Made by a program: the position numbers and the translations under genes
Shown: one piece after another, positions 1-12,400 of the stretch
Layout of the letters: each line of letters starts with the position of its first letter
Position numbering within the stretch: the stretch's first letter is position 1
Notes under the pieces: model-generated
Databases searched by the model: none
Told to the model about the DNA's origin: nothing
The model's input: the letters and a program-made list of their open reading frames with translations, nothing else
Assembly: GCA_973895155.1 (NCBI GenBank)
Contig: OZ316891.1
Coordinates: 29,127,611 to 29,191,610 of the forward strand
Reading direction: 5' to 3'
DNA: 64,000 bases
Origin: Marsupella aquatica
Lineage: Eukaryota; Plantae; Marchantiophyta

Positions 1-3000
1 AAAATTACCCACCATGTCTAAGTAACAATTTCAGCCAAAGGAGATTTGATGGTATTACTCTCCACAATTTTCAGTAGTCATTTTTTGTATTATTAGTACT
101 TTGTGTCTAGAATATATATGATTAATGTGTGGTTTGATGTGTCAGGTTGCATGAAAGAAGTTGCCAAAAACTCTACTTATCATTTGGTGTTAATGGTTGA
201 TGTCATACCATTCTTAGTCAAGATAGAATAATTTAGCAATTGGAGTTTACATAAGTAGTATATATGCAATTAGTTCGTGGACCCCCACCTGTTTTTATTC
301 GATTGAGATTGAAAATTGGATAGTTATTGATACAAATAAAAAATGTGTTAAAAAGTAGATAGTTATTGATATAGATAAATATGTTTCCTACAATGGGTAT
401 CTTTATTGGGAGTCAAGAATTTGTGTCGGACAATGGATATCTTTATTGGGACTTGTCATTTGTTTTTGCATGATACAACACATTGTTCCGAAAAATGAAA
501 TTCTGTACTACATCATGGAAACAACTGTCACATCACGTTGAATTTCCGCTTGGATGTGGTGGGTTGTTCCGTTGCTGTTTGGGCAGGGACGTCCGATAGC
601 AGCCCGTGGTCGCTGCTCCTCCTCAGCCTGTCGATCAGGGACTGGGATTGCTGATGTGTTAGCCCTACCAGCATATCAAGTGGCATCTTGAAATCATGCC
701 TCAATCTGGTCAGTTGCTCCAGACGAGCTCCCTTTGTGACCTGGATGTACTCACGCATCCCGTCCTTGTAAGTGAGTTGGTCTTCCTCGAACGGAACTGC
801 CATGTACCTAAGAATCTCCTTCATGACACCTGCATTTGTTTTCAACACGGAGTTAGTGCTTAATGTGTGCAGGAGATGGTTTAATTCAGTTTTTATTTGG
901 GGTTTTCTCTTTGTGCTTACCAGTCGCCGGTTTATCTTTGTAATGATCGTAGAAGTCGGCCTTGAACACTTTCCTCTCCTCGATCATCTTCGACAGATCT
1001 CTCCTCTTGATCCCGTTCACCATCTCAGTTGTCTCAATTCCGAGACCGTTGCCGAAAGCAATTTGTTTAGCCGTTACCTCCTCGTCAGTCCGGAAGTCAT
1101 CCGACGGCAGCTCTCTCATGATCATCCTTGCCATCTCCACAGCTGTCATGGGCTGCACAGGAAAGACGTGAACAATGTGTTAGAACAATACTGCCCGTCA
1201 ATGTTAATGAATCGTGCAACTTTCGTATCATCATTTCATTATATATCGCTTGCATCAACAAGGTGAAGTATGAAGTGGACACTTTTCACCTGAACTGTTG
1301 TAGGAGTAGCGCTCGTCGTATTGCTATTTGCGCCTGTCATCATTTCTCGTTGTTGTTGTGATGCCTTCGAGCTGCCTTGTTGCCTTTGGTGGTCGACATC
1401 TGCTTGTTGAACACGACGAATTGGTAAGTGGAACACTTTGAAGTCCGGTGGCGTAAGATCTCCAACAATGCACATGGATGCTCTATTTGTGACCCTACTC
1501 AACATAACGTACACCAATCCCGGTGTGAATGCACTGTTTATTTCTAGCACGACCTTGCCCACTAGTGTGCAACCTTGGCTCTTGTGACCTATTATGGCGT
1601 ATCCGAGCATGAGAGGGAAAGTGGATTTCCGATGGGTTTGCTGTCCCGAGATGAACTTGTTCTCGTGAACCGTGCGGTTGATCTTTACGAGGCAGTGGTT
1701 GGAAGACATTCTCACAAAAATCGACATTTTGCCTTTGGCTTTTATAGTGATTTTCTCCACGATTCCTCCGTTGCCGTTCGCGGCCTGCTTGGAGAGGTCG
1801 ATGTTGTGTGTGAGAATCACCTTGCATCCGATTGCAACGTTCGTCAGTGTGTGGAAGGAGGGATCTTGTATCCAAGGCCGGGTAGATTCGTCTGAAGGGG
1901 CGTTGGTGAGTATTGGGACGGGCATGATCTCTTGGCATGGAAAGTATCTCCGTAATGCCCGTTCGTTGTAGTTGTCGACTTTTTCTCTATGTGTGCATAT
2001 CACGGTCGTCGAGGCGTCGATGAAATCATGGGCTTCTTGTTTGGACACGTAACATCGTCCCAGGCACTCATCGATCGATTCTTGGGTAGGGAGGCCTGTG
2101 CGGATGTTGTTAAGGAACTCCATGAACTCCCGGTCTGTGCTCTGTCTGAGCACAGTGCTGAGGTGAAATTTCCGCATGGTCTCAAAATATGGCGACGACG
2201 AGAGGTGGCACGACTTGCATATGTCGTTGGTGTGATGGGTGCAAACCGGAGGCAATTGGCACATGTCTCCGACCAGGATGACCGTCTTATTTTGGAACGG
2301 GTCGGACGAGTGGTCCTCGTCTTGTAGTGTCTCGTGTAGTCTTGTGGAGACGCAACGCAACAGTTTGGGTGTCAGCATGCTCGCCTCGTCTATGACGAAC
2401 ACATCATTGTTCCGCAAGATGCGGTATTGGGAACTGGTGATGTGCAGAGGCCTGAGCTCTCCGTGTATTGGAATGCTGAACAAGGAATGCATTGTCACCG
2501 CGTCCGCGTGAAGGTTTATGGCAGCCGCGCCCGTGGTGGCACACATCTTCACCTTCCTCCCTTTATATGTCCAGTATTTGTTCATGAAAGAGATGAAGAA
2601 AGTCTTGCCGGATCCCGGATTTCCATCGATCATGAACAGACCGCTCTTGACATCCTTGAGTGCCTCAAATACTCTGATTTGGTCCGGAGTCAAGTTGACG
2701 GTCGGGAGAGTTTTGTCGTTGAGCATCGCGCCGATCGGTTTCTCTACGGTGACGGTGGGGACCGCTTGGAATGTGGCCGCGTCGTTGAAAATTTGGTGGG
2801 GAAGCTTTTCGTTCAGCTCCTGCAACAGGTGGGATGTGTGGTGGGTGGAGTAGAGGTGCGATGCGCAATACTCAAGCACCAACTTGTGCATGTCGTCGAC
2901 GTTGGTTATCAACTTGCGGTGTATGCACTTGTGCAAGTAGCTCCACGTCTCGCTTATGGGTTTGAGGAGAATCTCGCCTTCTGCACGGAATCTCACGACC

Positions 3001-5600
3001 TTCAGGAGGTAGTTGTAGAAGAAGCCGTTCATCTTGTATACTGGATGATACTCCGAAAATCGCACGAGCCGATCCGTCCGATACACGAAATTGCCTTGCA
3101 AATCCCTGCCGACGTAGTCTTTGGTGGTGCTTTTCTTATTGGTGAGGACCTCGTGGTTGGTGAAGTAGTCGTAGAAGGACATTGCAAACATATCCTCGGG
3201 CCTTTGTACGTAGAGTCTGGTGGGATGCAAACATATCCCCGAGGACTTACGATAGATGGTGGACCTCAGTTCCGGAGGCGACAAGTCCATGAACGCCACA
3301 GTCTCCGAGCGATGGATGATGCTGATTTTGAGGCACGTCAAGGCCGCCTCCGTGGTGCACACGCTCCGAGATAGGACGGCTCCGCTGACGAGCTTGAGTT
3401 GGACTTCAGACAGGTCCTCGAGTCCTAGAGTGCGCGCATCGTCCGCATTGAGCTGGAGTGATCCCAGGGGCTCGCATTTGATCGCGTACTTGAGCAAATA
3501 GAATGACCAGGCCGCGTTTGTGACGCGCTGCAGGTTCATGTGCGCGCCCCACAACAGCAACACGAGCGGGTGGTATGGCACGACATTTCGATGGTGGTCG
3601 CTTGGCCTGTGGTACCTCCATTTCCCCGTGGAAGGGTCGATGGCCGCATCTTTGTCGAGGTGAGTTTCTTGGGGGAAACCCAACTTGCAGTACTTGAGGC
3701 CAGTTTGGGAGTGCCTTTGCAAGCACAAGCCCTCCTTGCAGTAGTGAAGTTGTTTCGTCACCACGTTACGATACAGGGTCTTTTCTTCAAGTCCATTCGG
3801 CTCTTCAATTCTGCCGGATGTCGAGTCGAATCTGTCAGGGATGAATGCGGCAATTTCATTCGTGACTCGATCGACGTCGCAATCCTTGACCCATAGCACC
3901 GTGTGGGCGTGGAGTGATCCGCGGCCCTGCAACTCGTACCTGATGACGTAGTGGATCACATTTGAGATTATGGCGCGTTTCGACAAAATGTAATCCCTGA
4001 AAAAACGTTGGATTCATTCATGGAAGAGCACGGCGCATTCGACAGCACAATCTTTCCATGAGAAGGTCAGATTCATCCTCTTCACGAGGTTCTCGAGGTC
4101 GGCAATCTCAGGCCAACTGGTGTCGCTGAGCTCGTCGCAAGTGAGCATGAGGAAGAAGTGGGGCATTCCCCATTTTCTCACCATGCACTTGAGGTCGTCG
4201 AGGTGTCTTCCGTGCCACGCCGGGCTCCCAGGAACGGCCTGCGTGATTGTCTTTTTTATCAGCATTTTGTATATTTCCTTCTCGCTAAAGTGGGGGCACC
4301 TCTCCTTGATCTGCATGTATTCCTTGTCAATTACTATCGTCCTGCTCATGCTTGCTACTTGGCTGGCCTGTCGCAATTGGTACATGATAAGCATGTACGG
4401 CTTGTACAAAGTGAATATGATGAACAACTATTGTGTCCTCTGTTTCATGTAGTCGATCAAGCTGAGTTGTCCTCGATGGAAACCCCTCGAGTGGACGAAC
4501 AAGAACGGGAACATTGCATTTTCCAATGTCAATTGTGGATCGTTCGACAGTCCTTCCGAGTCGGTGTTGACGCTCTCTTCGGAGCACATTCTCTTGCGGT
4601 CATACACGGTGCCGGAATGAAAGACCTGGCACTTGCGCTTGTGTGAAGTCGGGATCCTGTACTACACATCTTGGAGGATGTGCAGGTCGGGGTCGAATGG
4701 GTCAAAGTTCACGGATCTCGTGGTGATTCCCTTTGCCCTCTTATCTTTGATGATGTTCTCTACTCCGTCGGAACTTAGGATGCACAGTCCCAGTGACGAG
4801 TCTGGTAGTTCGACCAATGAAACGTATCTTTTGAAAAGTTGGTTGGTCGTCAAATTGAGTTCCATGACCTTGTATATCTGTCGCATGATCTCCTCTCGAT
4901 TATTTCACTCTAGCGTGTCGAGATTCCAGGATATGAGCGGGTTGTCAAGGAGGCTTTCCTTTTTGTAGAAGCCAGAGTGGAAGCCATTGTACTTTTGTAT
5001 GATGCCTAGTCGACAGTCGATTAGCGAGAGCAATTGCATGTACAACGGCTTTGCGGCTAGGATGTCGATCGCATATTGTGGAGATATGAAGGAGTTTATC
5101 TGGATACGGGCGGGGTTTCGCACGCAAGTCACGCACACGTTGATTGTTCCATCTTCGTTTTCAATGTACTGGTTGACAAATGCATTGCATATGTCATACG
5201 GCGTCATGTTCACCTTTGGTACGGTGGTGAATGTCTTGTCGATCCTCGGAGTGTTTCCGTATCGAACTAGTCCGCACATCCCGCACACCTTCATGCCTTG
5301 GATTGTATTTTGGCAGACGGCTCTCCATTCTTGGAGATACAATGGGACTGAGGCCCATCCTTGACATAACGGACTTAGTGACTCGGCACAGGTGTTTATT
5401 GCACGCCTTCGTGCGGCATGTCTCTTCTCGGACATTGTACGCCGTGACATTTTTGGGGAGACCTATGCAAAGGATTATGAACTCGTCAGTTTTCTTAGCT
5501 AGGGTCCATCCAAAATTCGCTCAATGAAATTTCAGAAACGAGTCTTGCTTATCACGATCTCGTAGTTACCAAGAAGAGTTGGTCGCTTGGCTCCAACTCA
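1..5600 (-). mobile_element. Helitron-like rolling-circle DNA transposon (termini not resolved)
   Basis: RepHel gene plus AT-rich downstream flank with short internal duplications (GATAGTTATTGATA x2, ATCTTTATTGGG x2). No 5'-TC / 3'-hairpin-CTRR ends could be assigned. Confidence 0.7.
528..5450 (-). pseudogene. Helitron-type Rep/Helicase transposase (HUH endonuclease + PIF1 helicase), ~1,560 codons, exons ~5450-1290, 1152-921, 829-528; four in-frame stops
   Basis: ORFs 4905-5450, 4662-4886, 4014-4427 and 1239-3986 are in one frame, separated only by single stops. Motifs: N-terminal CGMC..CVTC, AMFPFLF, PHFFLMLTC (Rep motif 1), RYELQGRGSLHAHTVLW (HUH), YLLKYAIK (catalytic tyrosines), GNPGSGKT, VIDEASM, LVGDMCQLPPV, HKSQGCTL, YVMLSRV (PIF1). 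Confidence 0.93.
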
Positions 5601-5629
5601 AGTTAGCAGAGCGCCAAACACTACTCAAA

Positions 5630-7090
5630 ATTCATGCCATAAACACTACTCGAAGGTCATGCCATAAACACTACTCGAAGGTCATGCCACTCATGAAGCA
5701 GGCGGCCACGCCTGTATCCACCAACGCAACACCCAGATTATCGTTAGAACTTGTGACATTCACAAAAATCGGCTTGTCGGGATTTATCGTCATAACCTTA
5801 CGTAATTTCTCTCTAAACAACACCTTCTCTCTGACAGGCATATCCCCTACAGGGACCTCATCAACTACTAAGGGTTTGGTCAGAGCAATACTTACATTAT
5901 TGCCCTTTTGCCCTCCATCTTCGCTCGGCTTGTCACCTTTGGTGGAACAATCCTTACAAATTGATGACCCATGGCGCCACATGTGAATCACTATAAAGTT
6001 GTTCAGTTGTGTATGTAGGGTCTCTTGCCCGTCGGGAGACACACCAACTGCGTAATTTCTCTCGCAACAACACCTTCTCTTCGACAGGCATATCCCCTAC
6101 AGGGACCTCATCAACTACTAAGGGATACACACCAATTGGTTTGATAATAAGTTATGAGCTTTTGGATATCACCCCTAAAGCTCATTTACCAAGACTTGTA
6201 CCAAGTCAAGGCATAGTTCTCCTAGGTATTTCGGTTAGAGCATTTCTTAATGCCCTTCTGCCCTCCATCTCCGCTCGGCTTGCCACCTTTGGTGGAACAA
6301 TCCTTTCTTTGATGACCCATGGCGCCACACGTGAATCACTAGAAAGTTGTGCAGTTGTGTATGTAGTGTCTCTTGCCCCGTCGGGATACACACCAACTGG
6401 TTTTGATAATAAGTGATGATCATTTGGATATCACCCCTAAAGCTCATTTACGTTACACATCTCTAAGCGTGCCGCTCTAGGTACTTAGTGGTGACATGAG
6501 CACGAAGATGTACCCTCAACTAGGTTTTCCCAAGTTAACGGCAAGGAGGAGTCCTCTTGCGACTTCTTCCAAGACTTGTACCAAGTCAAGGCATAGTTCT
6601 CCCAGTTTTGGGTATCACCCCTAAAGCTCATTTACGTTACACATTTCTATTAAGCGTTCCGCTCTAGATACTTAGTCGTGACATGAGCACGAAGACTCTC
6701 AACTAGGCTTTCCCAAGTTAACGGCAAGGAGGAGTCCTCTTGCAACTTCTTCCAAGACTTGTACCAAGTCAAGGCATAGTTCTCCCAAATATTTTGGTTA
6801 GAGCAATACTTACATTAAGGTATAGTTACCAATCAAGGTATAGTTCTCCTAGGTATGCGAAACCCTATCGCATCATTCACACGATAATACGGTTTAGGTG
6901 GTGTTGGAGACACCCAAGTAAACCCGCAAGTAAATGGGCGTGGGCAAAAGCTACCATGTTAGCCGAATCAAGAAATTTGTCCAAGATGATTTGTCCGGAA
7001 GAAAATTTGGGTAATGTCTCAGAGATCTTTGGAAGCTATCGTAAGCAAAGCGGCCTACTGCCTTAGTTTGTGAATTGGTACAGGCAACTA
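5630..7090. mobile_element. Scrambled mosaic of Ty3/gypsy fragments (gag, zinc knuckle, protease on -, post-integrase/3' region on +)
   Basis: 5820-5985 is the reverse complement of ~15846-16010; 6335-6600 of ~15020-15270; 6860-7085 matches ~17965-18070 and ~18270-18350 on +. ALVDTG aspartic-protease motif at ~5710-5730 (-). Several segments are locally duplicated. Confidence 0.85.
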
Positions 7091-7444
7091 TAGAACCATG
7101 TAATCGATCTAATCTAATGAATTATATAGGTTTAATACTCATTCAATATAAAGATATATTTGTATATATATTTGTATATATATATGTATATATTAAAACT
7201 TTTTTCTTCATGTTCTTTACGAAATGAGGATCTTTGTTGCAATTCAAAATTGTAATGACAAAAAGCAATTCAGACATGGCTATTATTTGGAGTTGGTCCG
7301 GATTCGAAGCACACTAAACCGTCTTAAAAGGACCGCAACAGAGTAAATGCCAAATTAAATGACCAAAAGTTATATTAGAAAATAGCAAGGAGTTTAGGGT
7401 TCAATAATCACGTTAGGGACCACACAAAAAGCAGGAACAACTTG

Positions 7445-9127
7445 AAGTCAGGAGACAGCACACCTGTATGTAGAAGCGTTGTTTAACTTATCCGGAGCTT
7501 CTCTTCTCTAGGTAACTTGAAAACTCACGTCCAACTTCCCGAACACCATTAAGTAAGTCGGCCGACACACCATGCCCTTTCTGCAAGAAGACTTGTGTGA
7601 GTACCAAACAAACTTTCCCTTAGATAAAGTGAAGAAAGAAAAACCTTGCACGGAAACAGTTCTAAGAATGCTTTAATTTGGGTTCATCTTTGCCCATCTA
7701 GTTCTTTGTCCACCCTCCCCCATACTGTTTTTTTTTGTTTATCTTCATTTTTTAAGTTCTGTGATTATTAAAGACTCATTATCAGTTTTGTCTTTATTGG
7801 GAGTTGCCAACTCTAGACCATAGGCCTTAAGTAGCTTTGCAAATTTTTAGTAAGATAGCTTAGCCTATAAAATACATCTCACATAAAATTGTGACTCACT
7901 TAAGTTTATTTCAGGTGTCAACCTAATTATAAATTTCAGTCTAGTTATAGGCTCTAAGTATACTGTTTTTTTTTAAGTCAGGAGACAGCAAACCTGTATG
8001 TAGAAGCACTGTTTAACTTATTCGGAGCTTCTCTTCTCTAGGTAACTTGAAAACTCACGTCCAACTTCCCAAACACCATTAAGTAAGTCGGCCGACACAC
8101 CATGCCCTTTCTGCAAGAAGACTTGTGTGAGTACCAAACAAACGCGGGAACAAACGTTCCATTAGATAAAGTGTCCATCTCTAGTAAGTTACACTAACTA
8201 GGCCTCTTACCCAAGATTCCTTGAAAGTAGAGATACGAAGAAAGAAAAAGCTTGCACTGAAACAATTCTAAGTATGCTTTAATTTGGGTTCATCTTTGCC
8301 CATCTAGTTCTTTGTCCACCCTCCCCCATACTGTTTTTTTTGTTTATCTTCATTTTTTAAGTTCTGTGATTATTAAAGACTCATTATCAGTTTTGTCTTT
8401 ATTGGGAGTTGCCAACTCTAGACCATAGGCCTTAAGTAGCTTTGCAAATTTTTAGTAAGATAGCTTAGCCTATAAAATACATCTCACATAAAATTGTGAC
8501 TCACTTAAGTTTATTTCAGGTGTCAACCTAATTATAAATTTCAGTCTAGTTATAGGCTCTAAGTATACTGTTTTTTTGAAAGTCAGGAGACAGCAAACCT
8601 GTATGTAGAAGCACTATTTAACTTATTTGGAGCTTCTCTTCTCTAGGTAACTTGAAAACTCACGTCCAACTTCCCAAACACCATTAAGTAAGTCGGTCGA
8701 CACACCATGCCCTTTCTGCAAGAAGACTTGTGTGAGTACCAAACAAACGCGGGAACAAACGTTCCATTAGATAAAGTGTCCATCTCTAGTAAGTTACACT
8801 AACTAGGCCTCTTACCCAAGATTCCTTGAAAGTAGAGATACGAAGAAAGAAAAAGCTTGCACGGAAACAATTCTAAGTATGCTTTAATTTGGGTTCATCT
8901 TTGCCCATCTAGTTCTTTGTCCACCCTCCCCCATACTTTTTTTTTTGTTTATCTTCATTTTTTAAGTTGTGTGATTATTAAAGACTCATTATCAGTTTTG
9001 TCTTTATTGGGAGTTGCCAACTCTAGACCATAGGCCTTAAGTAGCTTTGCAAATTTTTAGTAAGATAGCTTAGCCTATAAAATACATCTGATTATAAATT
9101 TCAGTCTAATTATAGGCTCTAAGTATA
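7445..9127. repeat. Tandem repeat, 3 units (~530, ~605, ~550 bp)
   Basis: Units start AAGTCAGGAGACAGCA at ~7445, ~7975, ~8580 and are nearly identical; unit 1 lacks a ~75-bp segment, unit 3 lacks ~45 bp near its end. Confidence 0.95.
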
Positions 9128-10344
9128 GTTAGCGTGACTCACTTTATTTAAGGTGTCTCTCTAATTATAGGTCACATGAAGTCACACTAATTGAGGTGTT
9201 CTTTGCACACTGTACGAGTATCTGGGTATAAAACTGAGACTCAGATATTGTACTCTCAATATATACAAAGTGTGTGACTTAACATTCTTAAGTTAAGATG
9301 CTTTTTCAGCGGTTGTTGCGGCTAGCGACTGGCAGGCGCCATGTCACAGCTGTGGTTTTTGGCTGTACTAGGCGCAAGTTTTTGGCATTTCCAACAAGTA
9401 AACGATCTCCCTTGGACACGATTACAAACGATATCAAAAACTTGGGGTAGGTTTATCTATCAATATGCACCCTGCACATTATAAAGTCTAAGAACTTGGT
9501 AATTCACTTTGGGAACGCAGTTGAGGTTCTGAAACAAGATAAATCAATACACGCACCGGGCAGCACTGTAGATCTATGCGAACATTCTTTCGCGCTTCAG
9601 ACTCATGGTATAGAATTCTTAGATGCACTTTTTGTAAAAAAGCCTCCAAACTAGGCGAAAACAGATAATAAAACCAGACGAAACGACAAAGAACACGAGC
9701 AACTTACGGATCCACAATTGTAACGTCCTTTTTCAAATGCACACGTCCATAGCCAAGCGGCCGAACACACGCACGCTTCTGCTCGACATAGACGACAGTT
9801 TGCTTCTAGCTTAAGTCCTCGTAGTTTGTCTTCGCGACACTGTTGTTTGCTACAATTCTCCACTTTCAAAATTCATCTCTTATGCAAGCCTCTTCGCAGT
9901 ATCGATTAACCTGGATACACCCGAAAGAGATAGCACAAGTCATTTTCAAACCGCACTTGCATCCAATAAGTCCATTGAACTGACAATTAGACAAAAGATG
10001 CTTCTTGTCGCCGAATTTCTTAGCTACTAAATTATTTGTAATCTTGCACAGTTTTTATATGTACAGACATCTAGTCCCTGGACAAATGTAGACAATTAGG
10101 ATAAGCACCACTCCACTGTGACGAAGCTTTTTGATGATTCAGATTGGATCGGAAGGTTCCTGGAAAACTATGGATAATTCACCGAATGATACATTTCATG
10201 ATATTATTGAAATGGGATAACGACCACCAATTCTTTGCTTTGGGTCCGGCACTGTAATATGTTGTCTTAAACATGTTTCCGTGTCTGAAGCGGATCCAAG
10301 AACTGTTCCCAGGGTCACTGGAAGGATGGCTCGACTGACTGTCT

Positions 10345-10596
10345 TTCAGCTCCATCGATAAGACACTTATCGGCCTCAGCGATTCGTTCAAAAATGCGGG
10401 CCTTCTGCTCATCGGTGATTTCTGGCGCTTTAATAACCAAACCGAACAACTGGCTCAAAATCTGCGACACAGGGTGCCCCTCCGCAATAACATTGGTCAC
10501 CACAGCCTGGGCCCGATCGAATTGGCCGCTCCGACAAGCGGAGAGTAGGCCGGTCATCAGCTCATCGGGCACAACACCAGACACGCTGATGATATT
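10345..10596 (-). pseudogene. RFC4: Intronless fragment of replication factor C small subunit (human RFC4-type) C-terminal domain
   Basis: IISVSGVVPDELMTGLLSACRSGQFDRAQAVVTNVIAEGHPVSQILSQLF...ITDEQKARIFERIAEADKCLIDGA resembles the plant RFC4 C-terminus; similarity ends before the usual DEYLQL and no AAA+ domain is present. Confidence 0.85.
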
Positions 10597-11739
10597 GCCC
10601 TCATTTTCAAATGGCACTTGCATCCAATAAGTCCATTGAACTGACTCAGACGTCTTAATTTGACCTCGGGATGGAACAGAGTGTGCGAATATCTCAATAG
10701 AAGCAGCTAATATCATGCACATCCAGTCACGCAGCCATGGAGCTGTGAGAATATATACAACGATAGTATCTGAAGAAGCCGCTGCAAAAGATATGCGTTA
10801 TTGCGTGGGATTACTGCGAAAGCACCTGCATGAGGGTTTGAGATGGACAACAAAATCCTCTCGGTTTGGCCGGGACAGTGAGAAAGGATCTGCATGTTAA
10901 CCAAGCACAGATATGAACGCAGGGCAGAACCTGAATTCTATTTAGCCTGGCGGATGATGGGACCCGCATTTGAGAACATAGACATCCGCAGGAGAACAGG
11001 TGCCAAGAAGGAGCTGACGAGAGAGGGATCCCACTGCTTCATCACCCCTGTGCGCGCGCTGCTGAGCTCCATTTCTCCATGCAGAGCGACGATGGAGTTC
11101 TAATACGAAGAAAGGAAGGAAAGCCTGGGACACTAGTATCTAAAGCTGCTGCTCAAGGGAATAAAGGTCGCTGCGGTCCTCGCCAAGTAAATGAACTTGG
11201 ATTCCAGAATATCAGCACCCGCGCGTGCTATGCTCTCGAATGGAACACAAAAGTATTGTTTAGCCTCTGGCGCAAACTTTACTCCAGTGTGAGCCGCAGG
11301 AGCAACAGTAAGCTACGACGGGGCCTGGGAGCTCAGCTAGACAGAGCATAACGCTCCATCATCCGTGTCTGCGGGGTACCATCAGAAAGGAAGTAGAGCC
11401 TACGACACTATCTAGAGCTGCCCTGCTCGCGTGATCCCCACGTCTCCCGGGCACCGACGATCGAATGTCAGGGAAACCAAGCAGCGCCTCGAACAGCATC
11501 GAGAGCTCAAGAGAATGCATGCGATAGGGAATAGCCAGAAGCCGGAACCAAGCAGGTCCTTGAAAGCCCCTTCCGTTACGTACAGCTCTCTTTCATGGAC
11601 GAGAAATTGTTTTCATCATTATCTGATCACTCGCCCTTGAATGAAAACAGAAATTTTCCCCAGAGAAAGGAAGCTCTGGAAACTGGGAATACAACGACAA
11701 GTCAGAATCAAGAGAAGGATTCAACAATGAAAATTGACC

Positions 11740-12400
11740 TTGTTCGATTTCAGTTTTGAGTTCCTTCCGGGGCCGGCGCTTCTATTTCTCGTTCTTCGAT
11801 TTTTTATTTTTGCCTTAGTTAGTCATGCCTTTTCTCAGTCGTTCTCAGTCGTTCTATGCTCAAGTCCTTATCGGTTCTTCTTCAGTCTGTTCAATTCTGT
11901 TATTTCTTTTCAATTTTGTTTCTCAATGTTTCTTTTTGTGCTTTTCAAATCTCCTTGTCAATTCTCTTTTGCCAGTGCCTCCCGATGCTTCTGTTGCTTC
12001 AATTCTCTCTTTTGCTTGTGAGTTTTCGGCCTTAGATCGGGGTTCAGTTTCACTTTTCTTTCTGTCTCGATCGATATGCTTTTGCCTTTTTCTTTCCACC
12101 TCTTTGGTTTTGGGATACATGCGAATTCTCAAATGCACCTGCATTTTGACTGCCTTGACGATCTGACTGGGGTTTCCAGAAAATTGGAAAAATGCCCATC
12201 CGCCATCACCGTTTCCCCCTCCGCAAATGTGGTCCGGCTGTGATGTTGTTTCTGTTTGCGTGCTAGTTTGGGCAGCCGGTGGTGGACGCCTACTCGGTTC
12301 GGATGCCACAACTTGTACGCCAGTTTCCTTCACAGTTAGTGCTCATCTCGTCTACGGCTCTCGGGAAAGAGGTAGTGTGTTCGTTCCTACATGCTTAGGA
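11740..12400 (-). pseudogene. Degenerate Lys/Glu/Arg-rich coding remnant of unknown origin
   Basis: Purine-rich minus strand with broken charged reading frames (ORF 11923-12333 and continuation); no recognisable domain. Confidence 0.3.

Noticed and set aside
772-5364. Numerous plus-strand ORFs (e.g. 2427-3374, 315 aa)
   Set aside because: Antisense shadows of the GC3-rich Helitron coding frame; no motifs of their own.
7445-9127. CRISPR-like or rDNA/snRNA array
   Set aside because: Whole units are repeated with no unique spacers, no RNA-gene motif was recognised, and the context is eukaryotic.
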